A DNA stretch of 60,512 nt, filler included. It is 4 parts of 4 records of this genome, joined end to end, with 100 filler letters (N's around TTAATTAATTAA, not from the genome) between each part and the next. Parts side by side here need not be neighbours in the genome. Positions count along the whole stretch, not along the records: positions 36,724 to 55,055 come from SRR20825019_418; positions 55,156 to 60,512 come from SRR20825019_427; 2 more parts are not named here. One strand, written 5' to 3'. Shown here piece by piece: positions 47,500-58,500 of this stretch. The notes under the pieces are model-generated. The model was not told the origin of the DNA and made no database searches. It was given only the letters and a program-made list of their open reading frames with translations. The stretch's first letter is position 1. Every line of letters starts with the position of its first letter. The position numbers and the translations under genes are program-made.

Positions 47500-49263
47500 T
47501 TAATGGGACTCGCGCATGATCGGGGTTCCGCTCCTGCCGACGAGGAAATCCAGATCCGCGCCCTTGTCGGCCTGCTCCACATGCTCGACATAGAGTTTGG
47601 AATATCCCCTGTCATAAGGTGATTCAAACCCGGGCCATGCGGCCCGCCGGCGCTCCATTTCCTCGTCCGAAACATCCAGATGCATGCGCCGTGCGTCGAC
47701 ATCGACCTCGATCATGTCACCGTTCTGCACGAAGGCGAGCGGCCCGCCGGCAGCGGCTTCCGGCGCCGAATGCAGGATCACGGTACCATAGGCGGTGCCG
47801 CTCATCCGGGCGTCGGAAATCCGGATCATGTCCTTGATGCCTTTTTTCAGGATTTTCGGCGGCAGGCCCATATTCCCGACCTCGGCCATGCCCGGATAGC
47901 CTTTCGGGCCGCAGTTTTTCAGCACCATGATGCAGGTTTCGTCGATATCGAGATCCGGATCGTCGATCTTCTCCTTGTAGTCCTCGATGGTCTCGAAAAC
48001 CACGGCCCGGCCGCGATGCTTCATCAGTTCCGGCGATGCGGCGGATGGTTTGATGATAGCGCCGTCGGGGGCGAGGTTGCCGCGCAGGACGGCGATGCCG
48101 CCATTCGGCTTGAACGGCTTGTCCAGCGGGAAGATGACTTCCCGGTTCCAGCATTCCGCGTCCTTGTTGTTTTCCCAGAGCGTCCGGCCGTTCACCGTCA
48201 TCGCATCCTTGTGGATGAAGCCTTCAAGCTCCCTGATGATGGCGGGCAGGCCGCCGGCATAGAAGAAATCCTCCATCAGGAACTCGCCGGACGGCATCAG
48301 GTTGAGCAGGCAGGGCACGTCCCGGCCCAGCCGGTCCCAGTCGTCCAGCGTGATGTCGATGCCCATCCGCCCGGCGATGGCGAGCAGATGCACAACGGCA
48401 TTGGTCGAGCCGCCGATGGCGCCATTGACCATGATGGCATTCTCGAAATTCTCGCGTTTCAGCACATCGGAAAGCTTGATGTCCTGGCGCACCATTTCAA
48501 CGATCCGGCGCCCGGCCATCTGGGACAGCACATTGCGCCTGGAATCCACGGCGGGAATGGCCGCGTTGTGGGGCAGGCCAGCGCCGAGGGATTCGACCAT
48601 GGAGGCCATGGTCGAGGCAGTGCCCATGGTCATGCAGTGACCGGCGGAGCGGGCATTGTCCTGTTCCGCATCCATGAAATCCTGCAGGGTCATTTCACCC
48701 GCACGGACCATTTCCGAGAATTTCCAGACATGGGTACCGCTGCCGACCAGCTCGCCCCGGTAGTGACCGTTCAGCATCGGGCCGCCGGAGACGGTGATCG
48801 TCGGCAGATCGCAACTCGCCGCGCCCATCATCAGCGATGGCGTGGTCTTGTCGCAGCCAACCAGCAGCACGACGCCATCCATGGGCAGGCCACGGATGGC
48901 TTCCTCGACATCCATCGAGGCGAGGTTGCGGTACAGCATGGCCGTCGGCCGGAGCTGGCTTTCGGAGGTGGAGAAGACCGGGAACTCGACCGGCATGCCG
49001 CCAGCTTCATAAACGCCGCGCTTCACCCGTTCCGCGATATCGCGGAAATGAGCGTTGCAGGGATTGAACTCGGACCAGGTGTTGCAGATGCCGATCACCG
49101 GGCGCCCGTCGAACATGTCGGCGGGAATGCCCCGGTTCTTCATCCAGGACCGGTGCGCCCAGCCGTCTTTATCGGCTTTTCCGTACCAGTCGGACGAGCG
49201 CCGTTTGCCCTTGTCCGGATCGTTCTTGTTCGAATTGTCCCTGTTCGAATTGTCAGCGGCCAT
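47500..49263 (-). CDS. IlvD/Edd-family sugar-acid dehydratase (L-arabinonate dehydratase-like)
   Basis: PCNAH, GCDKTTP, CMTMGTASTM, GGSTN, GPKGYPGMAE, SDARMSGT; SD-like GGGGAG before ATG 49263. Confidence 0.92.
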   Translation of the reverse strand: MAADNSNRDNSNKNDPDKGKRRSSDWYGKADKDGWAHRSWMKNRGIPADMFDGRPVIGICNTWSEFNPCNAHFRDIAERVKRGVYEAGGMPVEFPVFSTSESQLRPTAMLYRNLASMDVEEAIRGLPMDGVVLLVGCDKTTPSLMMGAASCDLPTITVSGGPMLNGHYRGELVGSGTHVWKFSEMVRAGEMTLQDFMDAEQDNARSAGHCMTMGTASTMASMVESLGAGLPHNAAIPAVDSRRNVLSQMAGRRIVEMVRQDIKLSDVLKRENFENAIMVNGAIGGSTNAVVHLLAIAGRMGIDITLDDWDRLGRDVPCLLNLMPSGEFLMEDFFYAGGLPAIIRELEGFIHKDAMTVNGRTLWENNKDAECWNREVIFPLDKPFKPNGGIAVLRGNLAPDGAIIKPSAASPELMKHRGRAVVFETIEDYKEKIDDPDLDIDETCIMVLKNCGPKGYPGMAEVGNMGLPPKILKKGIKDMIRISDARMSGTAYGTVILHSAPEAAAGGPLAFVQNGDMIEVDVDARRMHLDVSDEEMERRRAAWPGFESPYDRGYSKLYVEHVEQADKGADLDFLVGRSGTPIMRESH

Positions 49264-49382
49264 TGCGCCGGTCTCCCCCTTGACCATCGTCCGGTTTTAG
49301 CGCCGGACGTATTTTTCATCTATTACGAACCGTCTCACCGGTTCGCAACAGGGTCAAGGTGGTGACTGCGTAATGCGGCGGC

Positions 49383-50552
49383 TCAGCCGTTTTTAGCGGC
49401 CCAGTCCGTCAGCTTACTCATGAATTCAACGCATTCCTCGACCTGGGAGATCTCGATGAACTCGTCCGGCTGGTGCGCCTGCTGGATATATCCGGGGCCG
49501 AAAATCACGCCCGGGACGCCGGCCTGCTGGAAGAAGCCAGCCTCGGTGCCGAAGGAGACCGCGCCGGACTGGTTGAGACCGGTCAGATGGCGGATCAGGT
49601 CTTCGGCGGCGGATTCCGTGTCCGGCACGAGTGGTGGCACGTCATTGACCAGTTCCATGGTCACGCCGGCTTCGGGAGAGACGGCCTTCAGGGCCGGGTT
49701 CAGCTCGCTCTCGATATAGTCGCGGACACGCTGCTCGATGACTTCGCCGTCGTCGCCCGGATGCAGCCGCATGCCCCAGCGGAATTTGGTGAATTCCGGG
49801 ATGATGTTGTGCGCGGTGCCGCCTTCGATGACGCCGAGATCGATGGTGGTGTAGGGCGGATCGAACGGGCTGTCCTCATGCGCGTTCTCGCGCAGTTCGG
49901 TCTGGATCTGTTCCAGCAGATTGATGATCCGGGCGGCGAACATGATGGAATTGGCACCGCGATGCGGCTCGCTGGAATGGCCCGGTACGCCACGGACAAC
50001 GACAGAGAGGCTGCGGCTGCCCTTGTTGCCGCCGATGATCTTCATGCCGGTCGGCTCGCCGACGACAACGGCGATCGGCAGAGGCAGGTTCTCGGCCATG
50101 TCCTTGATCAGGCCGCGCACGCCGATGCAGCCGATTTCTTCATCGTAGGAAAACGCGAGATGGATCGGTGTTTTCAGGCCGCGTTTTTTCATCTCCGGTG
50201 CCATGGCGAGGGCAATGGCGCAGAAGCCTTTCATGTCGGCGGTGCCGCGGCCGAACAGCTTCTTGTCGGCTTCCCACATCTTGAACGGCTCGTTGCTCCA
50301 GTCCTGACCGTCGACGGGAACCACGTCGACATGGCCGGAGAGAATGACGCCGCCCTTGTCTTCCGGGCCGATGGTGGCCCAGAGGTTGGCCTTGGTTTTG
50401 TCTTCGTTGAAGGTCGTCCGCGTCGGAATGCCGTGGCCTTCCAGATAGTCCCGCGCGAAATCGATCAGCGCGAGGTTGGAGATACGGGACGTGGTGTCGA
50501 ATGCGACCAGACGGTCAAGCATGGAAATGGATTGGGCGAGCATCTCGCTCAT
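49383..50552 (-). CDS. argE: acetylornithine deacetylase (M20)
   Basis: SGHVDVVP, GRGTADMKG, YDEEIGC, GEPT, AHQPDE. Confidence 0.9.
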   Translation of the reverse strand: MSEMLAQSISMLDRLVAFDTTSRISNLALIDFARDYLEGHGIPTRTTFNEDKTKANLWATIGPEDKGGVILSGHVDVVPVDGQDWSNEPFKMWEADKKLFGRGTADMKGFCAIALAMAPEMKKRGLKTPIHLAFSYDEEIGCIGVRGLIKDMAENLPLPIAVVVGEPTGMKIIGGNKGSRSLSVVVRGVPGHSSEPHRGANSIMFAARIINLLEQIQTELRENAHEDSPFDPPYTTIDLGVIEGGTAHNIIPEFTKFRWGMRLHPGDDGEVIEQRVRDYIESELNPALKAVSPEAGVTMELVNDVPPLVPDTESAAEDLIRHLTGLNQSGAVSFGTEAGFFQQAGVPGVIFGPGYIQQAHQPDEFIEISQVEECVEFMSKLTDWAAKNG

Positions 50553-50576
50553 GTCGAATACCTTTCCGGGCGGCGC

Positions 50577-52028
50577 CTAACGGCGCCAGAAAGAGGGAGA
50601 GAGCATCACCAGAACGGTGAACAGTTCCAACCTGCCGAGCAGCATACCGAATGACAAGAGCCATTTTGCACTGGCTGGCAGGGAGTCGAAATTTCCGGCG
50701 GGGCCGATGATCGGGCCCAGGCCGGGACCGACATTGCTGATCGCGGTCGCGGCGCCGGACACGGCTGTGATGAAATCAAGTCCGATGAGGGCAAGCAAAA
50801 CGGCAATCACCGCAAAGCAAAGTATGTAGAGAAAAAAGAACCCCATGACCGATTCCGAGACCGTTTCCGGGATCGGTTTGCGGTTGTAGTAGGGAATGAA
50901 AACCCCGTGCGGGCGCAGCAGCCGTTCAATCTGAACCTGTGCGGTGGCATAGAGCACCTGGATCCGGAAAATCTTGATGCCGCAGGTCGTCGATCCGGCA
51001 CACCCGCCGATAAACATCAGGCACATGACGACGGTTACCGGGAAGCCGCCCCAGTTGCCGTAGTCGGTCGTGGTAAACCCGGTCCCGGTCATCACCGAGA
51101 CCATGTTGAAGGCCGCATAGCGCAGCGCTTCCATCGGTGCGAAATCAAGCACATGCCAGTTCCACACGGAGATGGTGAAAACCACGATCGCCACGATGGC
51201 CAAAAACCACTTCACCTGGCTGTCCTGGAACAGCGGGCGAAGCGATCCGCGCATCATCCGCAGATAGTAGACGAATGGCAGGCTGCCGGCGATCATGCCA
51301 ACAAAGACGATCCAGTCCACAAGGGCACTATCATAATGCCCGATGGAATCGTCGCGGGTGGAGTAGCCGCCCGTTGCGATCGTTGCCATGGCATGTGTGA
51401 TGGCATCGAACCCCGGCAGGCCGGCCGACCAGAGCGCGGTCGCACATATCGCGGTGAAGGCGAGGTAGATGGCGGTGATGCCGCCGGCCAGCTGGGCCGC
51501 GCGGGGTACCACTTTGTCCGGTGTATCGAACGCTTCGGTCTGGAATAGCTGCATACCACCGACGCTCAGCATCGGGAGTACGGCCAGGGCCATGACGATG
51601 ATGCCGATGCCGCCAAGCCATTGCAGAAGAGCGCGCCAGAGCAGAATGCCCGGCGGCGCGTGATCAAGCCCGGCGATAACGGTTGCACCGGTTGTCGTCA
51701 CACCGGACATGCTCTCGAAGAAGGCATCGGCGACGGTCATATCGAGCTGGGAGAAGGCGAAAGGCAGTGCTGCGACTGTGGCGATCGTCAGCCAGCTGAG
51801 GGTGGTCAGCAGGAAGGCCTGACGTAGGCTCAGATTGGTTGCCGACGGGCTTTGCGTGCTCAGCATCAGCGAGACGCCGATAAACAGGGTCAACGCGGAC
51901 GAGCCGGTGAATACTCCCCAATCGGGATTGCCAACAATGAGATCCACACCGGCCGGCAGCAACATGGCCACAGCCATGATCGACATGAGAAGGCCAATGA
52001 TGTGAAGGACCGGACCAATGGCGACCAA
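50577..52028 (-). CDS. trkH: Trk potassium uptake membrane subunit
   Basis: FESMSGVTTTG, ATGGYS, TGTGF, GGCAGST, NVGPG, LGRLE. Confidence 0.95.
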   Translation of the reverse strand: MVAIGPVLHIIGLLMSIMAVAMLLPAGVDLIVGNPDWGVFTGSSALTLFIGVSLMLSTQSPSATNLSLRQAFLLTTLSWLTIATVAALPFAFSQLDMTVADAFFESMSGVTTTGATVIAGLDHAPPGILLWRALLQWLGGIGIIVMALAVLPMLSVGGMQLFQTEAFDTPDKVVPRAAQLAGGITAIYLAFTAICATALWSAGLPGFDAITHAMATIATGGYSTRDDSIGHYDSALVDWIVFVGMIAGSLPFVYYLRMMRGSLRPLFQDSQVKWFLAIVAIVVFTISVWNWHVLDFAPMEALRYAAFNMVSVMTGTGFTTTDYGNWGGFPVTVVMCLMFIGGCAGSTTCGIKIFRIQVLYATAQVQIERLLRPHGVFIPYYNRKPIPETVSESVMGFFFLYILCFAVIAVLLALIGLDFITAVSGAATAISNVGPGLGPIIGPAGNFDSLPASAKWLLSFGMLLGRLELFTVLVMLSPSFWRR

Positions 52029-52105
52029 GTCCGCGCTCCAATTCCGTTTCGCACAGAGCGGGGATCATTGGACTGGCGCGCGTCCGATGTCCAGTCCCGA
52101 AACGG

Positions 52106-52134
52106 AAAAGGGGCGCAGCCGTAAGGCCCGCCCC
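52106..52134 (-). terminator. intrinsic terminator after folE
   Basis: Minus strand GGGGCG...CGCCCC-TTTT. Confidence 0.6.
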
Positions 52135-52163
52135 CTGGTCCTGCTAATTGTGCGTTCAGGCGG

Positions 52164-52808
52164 TTAGCCAGCCTTCGTAACCAGGTCGAAGAATTCCTTG
52201 CGGAGTTCAGCATCGTCCCTGAAGCAGCCGGTCAGGGTTTTGGTGACCATGCTGGCGCCCGGCTTGCAGACGCCTCGGGTCGTCATGCACTGGTGTTCCG
52301 CCTCGACCATGACGGCAACGCCCTTGGGCTGCAGCACGTCCTGGATCGTGTTGGCGATCTGCGCGGTCATTTTTTCCTGGATCTGCAGGCGTTTTGCGAA
52401 AGTCTCCACGACCCGCGCCAGCTTGCTGACGCCGACCACGCGATTGTTCGGCATATAGGCGATGGAAACCCGGCCGATGACCGGCAGCATGTGATGCTCG
52501 CAGTGGGATTCCATGCGGATATTCTTCAGCAGGACCATCTCGTGATAATCCTCGGTCTCCTCGAAGATGCGTTCGAGATAGACACGGGGGTCGCTGTAAT
52601 ACCCCCTGAACAGCTCTTCGTAGGAGCGCACCACGCGTGCCGGCGTCTCCAGCAACCCTTCGCGGTCCGGGTCGTCACCGGCCCACTCGATCAGGGTGCG
52701 AACAGCCGCTTCCGCTTCTTCGCGGGAGGGGCGGGATCCAATGACCTTGACGTCAAGGTCTGTGCTCGCCGCGGCCTCTGCGCGCAGTGCGTTGTCATAA
52801 GGCGACAT
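52164..52808 (-). CDS. folE: GTP cyclohydrolase I
   Basis: [38 protein letters not shown]. Confidence 0.96.
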   Translation of the reverse strand: MSPYDNALRAEAAASTDLDVKVIGSRPSREEAEAAVRTLIEWAGDDPDREGLLETPARVVRSYEELFRGYYSDPRVYLERIFEETEDYHEMVLLKNIRMESHCEHHMLPVIGRVSIAYMPNNRVVGVSKLARVVETFAKRLQIQEKMTAQIANTIQDVLQPKGVAVMVEAEHQCMTTRGVCKPGASMVTKTLTGCFRDDAELRKEFFDLVTKAG

Positions 52809-52896
52809 TTTGAATTCCTTCTCGGTCAAGAGCGCATGAATTGTAATGGGGTTACGCCCTCAGTGTTCCCAATGGATGCCCGCTTTGCGCATCCGC

Positions 52897-53298
52897 TCAG
52901 TTTGGCCGTCCGGCCGCTTCCGGAAGATCCAGTGCGAAACTGGGTACCGAAACAGTGAAAATCTGCCCGTCAGGGCCTGTCATATCGTAGTGGCCGCTCA
53001 TGAAACCCGAAGGCGTTCCAAGCGGTGTGCCACTGGTATATTCGAAACTTTCGCCGGGCCGGATCACTGGTTGCTCGCCGACGACGCCGGGTCCATCGAC
53101 CTTCTGCTGGCGTCCGAGTGCATCGGTGATTTCCCAATGGCGCGCCCGCAGGCGTACTTCCTCGTCGCCGAGATTCTCTATCGTGACCCTGTAGGCCCAG
53201 ACATAGCGGTGGTCTTCCGGATCGGAATGGTCCGGAAGATAATGGGGTTCGACGAAGACTCTGATCGGGCCCGTGGTCTCGCTGTACAACCGTGTCAC
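52897..53298 (-). CDS. apaG: ApaG protein
   Basis: YVWAYRVTIEN, RHWEITD, GPGVVGEQP, FEYTSG. Confidence 0.95.
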   Translation of the reverse strand: MTRLYSETTGPIRVFVEPHYLPDHSDPEDHRYVWAYRVTIENLGDEEVRLRARHWEITDALGRQQKVDGPGVVGEQPVIRPGESFEYTSGTPLGTPSGFMSGHYDMTGPDGQIFTVSVPSFALDLPEAAGRPN

Positions 53299-53495
53299 TC
53301 CTCATGCGCACCGTCACCGTCCATCGCTGCCGACTTCCGGTTTCAACGCTATATGTGGAGCGAAAATCGGAAGAGTCCATATCGGGCGCACCCTGCGCTA
53401 CCGCGGCTGGACGGGCAAGTGCCTGCACCTGCACAATCCCTCACCATGTCGTGACTATCGGGGCCTGTAAAGCGGCAGAGGGGGCGGCGAAACGG

Positions 53496-54821
53496 TTATC
53501 CGAAAATGAACAGGCCGTCGGAAACCGCTCCTTGGGAGACGCCGACCAGCGTGATCGTACCGCCATCGCTTAGGTTGACAATCGTGTTCGTACCGGATGC
53601 CGTGGTGCTGTGACCGGTGCCGGAGGCGAGCAGGATACGGTCCTCTGCGGTGTTGAAATCCAGGACCGTATCGGCTCCGGAACCGTTGCCGATCATTGAG
53701 ATGGTATCTGCGCCGTCACTGCCGGAGATCGTGTCATTCCCCGCATTTCCCGCGAGGATGTCCGCGCCGCCGCCGCCAATCAGCAGATCGCCGCCCGATC
53801 CGCCATAGAGCGTGTCCGCATCGGCGCCGCCATAGAGGATGTCGCTGTCCTGATTGCCGTAAATCAGGTCGGCTCCGGCATTGCCATAGATGATATCCGC
53901 GCCCTTGTTCCCGGCGAGCCGGTCGGCGTTATCACCGCCGGCCAGGAGGTCGTTTCCTGCTCCGCCAAAGAGGGTGTCATTGCCGGTATCGCCGGACAGC
54001 GTGTCATCGCCCTGATTGCCATAAATCAGATCGTTGCCGTCGACGCCGGAGACCACATCGTTGCCAGTACCGCCAAACACGGAATCATTTCCGGCATCGG
54101 CGCTGATTGTATCGGAGTCTTGCCCGCCAAACAGCGCGTCGTTTCCGGCCCCTCCGGCCAGTAGATCCGCACCGACGTTGCCGTAGATGAAATCGTCCCC
54201 GTCGCCTCCGAAGAGAGAGTCCGTTCCCGCGTTGCCGAACAGGGAGTCAATTCCGGCCCCACCCGAAGCCTGGTCGTTCCCGGCTCCGCCAATGATGCTG
54301 TCATTATCCTCGCCGCCGAACAGGGCGTCATTGCCCTGTCCCCCGAACAGGGTATCGGCCCCGGAATCTCCATACAGGCTGTCGTCACCGATATTGCCGT
54401 AGACCACGTCATTCGATGCACCGCCATAGAGCAGGTCCTGGCCGAGGCCGACGCCACCATAGAGCACATCGAGGCCGCCGCCGCCGGTCACGGTGTCGTT
54501 GTCCGGCCCACCGCTGAAGGTATCGGCTGCTTCGGTGAGCGAGGCGTTGATCTTGGTTTGGGTGCCAAGCAAATTGACGCCGGATACGGACACGCCAAGC
54601 GTGCTGTTGAAGGTGATCGTAATGGTGCCGGAAGGGGTGAAAAGATAATCCTGCGCGAAGGCAATCTCGTGCGCCGCATTGCTGTTGACAGCAATGGTGT
54701 CGTACCCGCGGGCGCCATCCAGACTCGTGGTCTGCAGAGTGCCGGACGTAATGGTTATTGTTCCAGAATCCGAGGCGAGCTCTGGCAGAGAACCTATATC
54801 GTCAACAGTTGTGGAGACCAT
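53496..54821 (-). CDS. RTX-type calcium-binding repeat protein
   Basis: Many tandem GGxGxDxLx / GNxGxDxLx nonapeptides; no N-terminal signal; C-terminal GTITLVGV. Confidence 0.9.
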   Translation of the reverse strand: MVSTTVDDIGSLPELASDSGTITITSGTLQTTSLDGARGYDTIAVNSNAAHEIAFAQDYLFTPSGTITITFNSTLGVSVSGVNLLGTQTKINASLTEAADTFSGGPDNDTVTGGGGLDVLYGGVGLGQDLLYGGASNDVVYGNIGDDSLYGDSGADTLFGGQGNDALFGGEDNDSIIGGAGNDQASGGAGIDSLFGNAGTDSLFGGDGDDFIYGNVGADLLAGGAGNDALFGGQDSDTISADAGNDSVFGGTGNDVVSGVDGNDLIYGNQGDDTLSGDTGNDTLFGGAGNDLLAGGDNADRLAGNKGADIIYGNAGADLIYGNQDSDILYGGADADTLYGGSGGDLLIGGGGADILAGNAGNDTISGSDGADTISMIGNGSGADTVLDFNTAEDRILLASGTGHSTTASGTNTIVNLSDGGTITLVGVSQGAVSDGLFIFG

Positions 54822-54989
54822 TTCTTACCTCCATTGCAGTCGATTTCTTCGGCTACAGTCAGTTCAATATTTGCATTTCAACCAGAAAGGCGCTGATTTT
54901 TCAACTTATATAGGTTCATTTAGAGAAAAATGCTCAACAAACGATTTCGCTTGTAAGCAAGGCGTCGCTTGCGCATCTTTGGCGGCGTT

Positions 54990-55055
54990 GCGGGTGTAGT
55001 TCAATGGTAGAACATCAGCTTCCCAAGCTGAATACGAGGGTTCGATTCCCTTCAC
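54990..55055 (+). tRNA. tRNA-Gly(CCC), 3' end truncated by contig end
   Basis: GCGGGTGTAGTTCAATGGTAGAAC; anticodon arm TCAGC-TTCCCAA-GCTGA; T arm GAGGG-TTCGATT-CCCTT. Confidence 0.93.
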
Positions 55056-55155
55056 NNNNNNNNNNNNNNNNNNNNNNNNNNNNNNNNNNNNNNNNNNNNT
55101 TAATTAATTAANNNNNNNNNNNNNNNNNNNNNNNNNNNNNNNNNNNNNNNNNNNN
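55056..55155. other. artificial contig linker
   Basis: N runs flanking TTAATTAATTAA. Confidence 0.98.
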
Positions 55156-55506
55156 CCCCCCCCCCCCCCCCCCTGCGCCCCCCCCGCGGCCCCCCCGGCC
55201 GGTGACTAGCGACCCCCCCTCCCCAGAGCAGTGACGGCACCGGCCGGCGGCGGCGCGGCTGCCGCCGCTATTGGCCGCCGGGGGGGGCCGGGGGCCGGCG
55301 CGGCACAACGGGGGCCCGCCACCTTGCCCGAACCACCCCCAGTTCCGATGGCCGCAGCTGTTGGAGTGCGGCATTCAAACAGTCCGCACGACGGAGAGTC
55401 ACGCCCCAGGCGCTCGTGTGTGCACATATATATATTGCTGGTGATAATGTGGCGAAACATCAGGTTAGGGGCTGGGTTACTGCGCGAAGACCCCTTGGGA
55501 CTCGTG

Positions 55507-58500
55507 ATGTGGTGGAGGGTGGTGGTTCTAGCCGTCGTCGCCCTTGTCGGGACAGATGCGGCGCGGGTGGGAGGGGCAGTCCCGGCGGCCGTGCCTGGTC
55601 GCGTGACGTTGGCCGCCATAAACCAAAAGAACGGGACGGAGATGCTTGCCCTCGCCAAGAACATGGTCGCGTCGGCACACGTAGGGGTGGACCCCAGCAT
55701 TGCCATTCGCAACGGGACCTTGGATTCCAGCGTGCTCATTGGCAACGGGACCTTGGATTCCAGCGTGCTTGGCAACGGGACCGTGGAGTTGACAGAGGCC
55801 AAGACCGGGGCCTGCATGAAGGACGAGGCGAAAAAACGGGCGATACGTGCCATGAAGCGTGTATTTGGTGATGACTACCTCCGGCTAGACGATAAAGGCT
55901 ATGTTAAGAGTGACGTGCTGGCCAAGTCAATCATGGACGAATACCACTGCGAGCACTCGCTAGACGCGGAGGTCGAGGTATGCATGCGTTGCTTGGTTGT
56001 GGTGTCCGTCGCTTTTCGAATGGATTGACACTGACGGTTCCGTTTTTGCAGGCAATTGAAACGTTCATTGCCAGTGCCGAAAAAGTGCAGGCGGAGGAAT
56101 ATAAGAAATATGTGGGTTCACTTGAGAAAGAGGTGGGGGATGTCGTGAACGACCTCATTGATTCTGGGCCGAAGGGGGCAAGTCCGAAGCTTGATGGTGC
56201 TGAAGGTGCTGAAAAGCCAAGCGACAAGCCAGTTGCCAAGGAGGGTGGCGGGGGAGGGCACCCTAAGCATACGCAAGACCGCGTGAATGATGAGGAACCG
56301 AAAAGTGATAACCCTTTTGATTCGGAGATGCTGACAATTTTCGACAATCATGAGGATGAGGCGAGGAGTGCTCGCCGCCCGATAGAAATAGAGAAACCGG
56401 AGTTAATTGAAGATGAAACAAGCAGGGTCCTCGGTGGAGAGGCTTTCCGTTACTGGTACTGGGCAACTCAACTTGTGCGAGATGCGACCGAGAAGCCGGA
56501 GGACACGTGGATGACCCGTGAGCACATGTCTTATGAATGCTTCCGATCTATTATCTATGACCACGGCCTGGCCCCAGTGAAGACAGATGGCCAGTATGGG
56601 ATTATGGAGGCATTGGGAGAGATACTTGGAACATCAAAAGAATCTGTTCGACAGGATTTGACTCAATTTCTGCACGGGCTTCGTCTTCCTGTTCATGTCA
56701 AGAGCGGGGTGTTCCACATGGCGTGTAATTATCTCCAGAAGACCGAGTGCACCCCGGCGCATGCGCTGATGACAAGTACCACGCCTGGTGATCTGAAGGT
56801 CGGTACAAAGATGCCACTACGATATGAGTCCCGGCTAACGTCTCTTTAGGATGAAGAATGTGAGAGGGCTCTGGATCTATATACCAGGGAATGCCTTGAC
56901 AAGGAGTACAAATTCAACATGTGGGTTATCGCGCAGATGTATAAGGTAGCCTTCCCAAGCAGTGATTCTTTGCACGTTTGACTGACCCCACTTCCACCAT
57001 CAGATCCGCCTTTACGAGTACTCCTGCTCCCGTGACCTCGACCTTGCCAAAGTTATTAAGATAATCGTGCCGGAGCTGGGGAACGCGATGGGAGAAGTAC
57101 GACTGCTAGCCACAAACGATCGGAGCGGGGACAAGATCATGCTACTGGCGGACGTGGTGCTTCACGAGGACAAGCGCACCATGCGCGATGAGGTGTACCA
57201 CGGTCTCAAAATGGAGAGGAGTAATCGGAACCTGAGCACCCAGATGGATATGGGGTGGTTCCAAGTCCTGGAGAGTATTAATTACTATTTTGACCGTGCG
57301 CTTAAGGATCAGCACATGGTAATGTATGAAGCATATCGTTTCGCACAGGAGATCATTAGCGTGGAAAACTCCAAGAGCAAGAGCGATGGTCTGGCCCGGA
57401 CCCGAGATACTGACGGGATTGTGAGACGCCACATCGCCCGTGCGGAGGTTGAGGTGCACGCGCGGTTCCAGCGCATCCAGTATCGAATGGACACATTGGC
57501 GATGTTCAGGGCTTGCTGGCTTGCGGTGATACCCGATATCTTGTTGCAAATCGGCAATGATGAGGACGACCCTATTGTAGTGCCAGATCTGCGGTGGAAG
57601 TTGTTCAAGCTTGGCCGTTTCAGTCGCGATGACGTGTTAGATGCGCGCGCGATTCTGGAAGGGCTGCACCGGGCCGATCGCGAACACCTACAGATGATCA
57701 TCTGGAAAAAGTATGGCTGGGATGTTGCAGAGAGTGATATAGAGGATCGTATAAAGGACAGTGTGCCGAAGATGGAGGATATCTTGAAGAAATCGCGGGC
57801 CTCCAACATCGAAAAGCTCTCCAGTGAACTCCCGCCAACTATTATCATATCAGATGTGGACAATCCCGAGAGAGGGCGAACGGTTCTGACGTACGACCCC
57901 CTCACCGAACAGTCGGTGGTGAAGGACATAATGAATCCGGAGGAGTACGAGGCTGTCCAGTTTAAGGCTATGCGTTCGATGCTCAGCCTACCCTCGAGTG
58001 TGTACCTAGTGCCCGTGGAACCGCGGAAGCGGGTCCTTCCTGAAATGCCGGAGATGAAGGTGTCTCGCGTCAAGGGATTAGGGTTCTTGCTGGCTGTCAG
58101 TACTGCCCTTGCATACGAGCCCTCTATTTTACCTTCACATAATGGGAAGACTTCAGTCTACGAGCGTGCTCGGCAAATCAAGAAGGATTGGCTCCAGGTG
58201 CAGCTGAACAAGGGCGGGGCACACCAGGTCCAACTGGCCATGCGGGGTGGAATTGATGCAAAGGAGATTATGAGTATGGGAAAAGATGACATTTTGAAGA
58301 AAATCATGGACAATGATGAGTTTGCCTTCACCACAACCGACCGATATGACATTGCCAGCGTTGTGGAGCACAATATCGTATTGATATCTGACAACAACAG
58401 GAGGTGGGACTACCAGGCCCAACCTCAACAAGACCGATCAGTGCAGATCGCTGTAATAACGGATAGCGCGGGGCAGAACCCGAGGTGGTATGCGTGCATA

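Noticed and set aside
47680-49365. 561-aa plus-strand ORF
   Set aside because: Antisense shadow of the IlvD/Edd gene, expected from GC-rich codon bias; no motifs.
49473-50654. 393-aa plus-strand ORF
   Set aside because: Antisense shadow of argE.
55156-55330. Poly-C/G-rich start of contig 4 and the ORFs beginning there
   Set aside because: Low-complexity contig end, possibly a sequencing artefact; a better start with signal peptide is at 55507.
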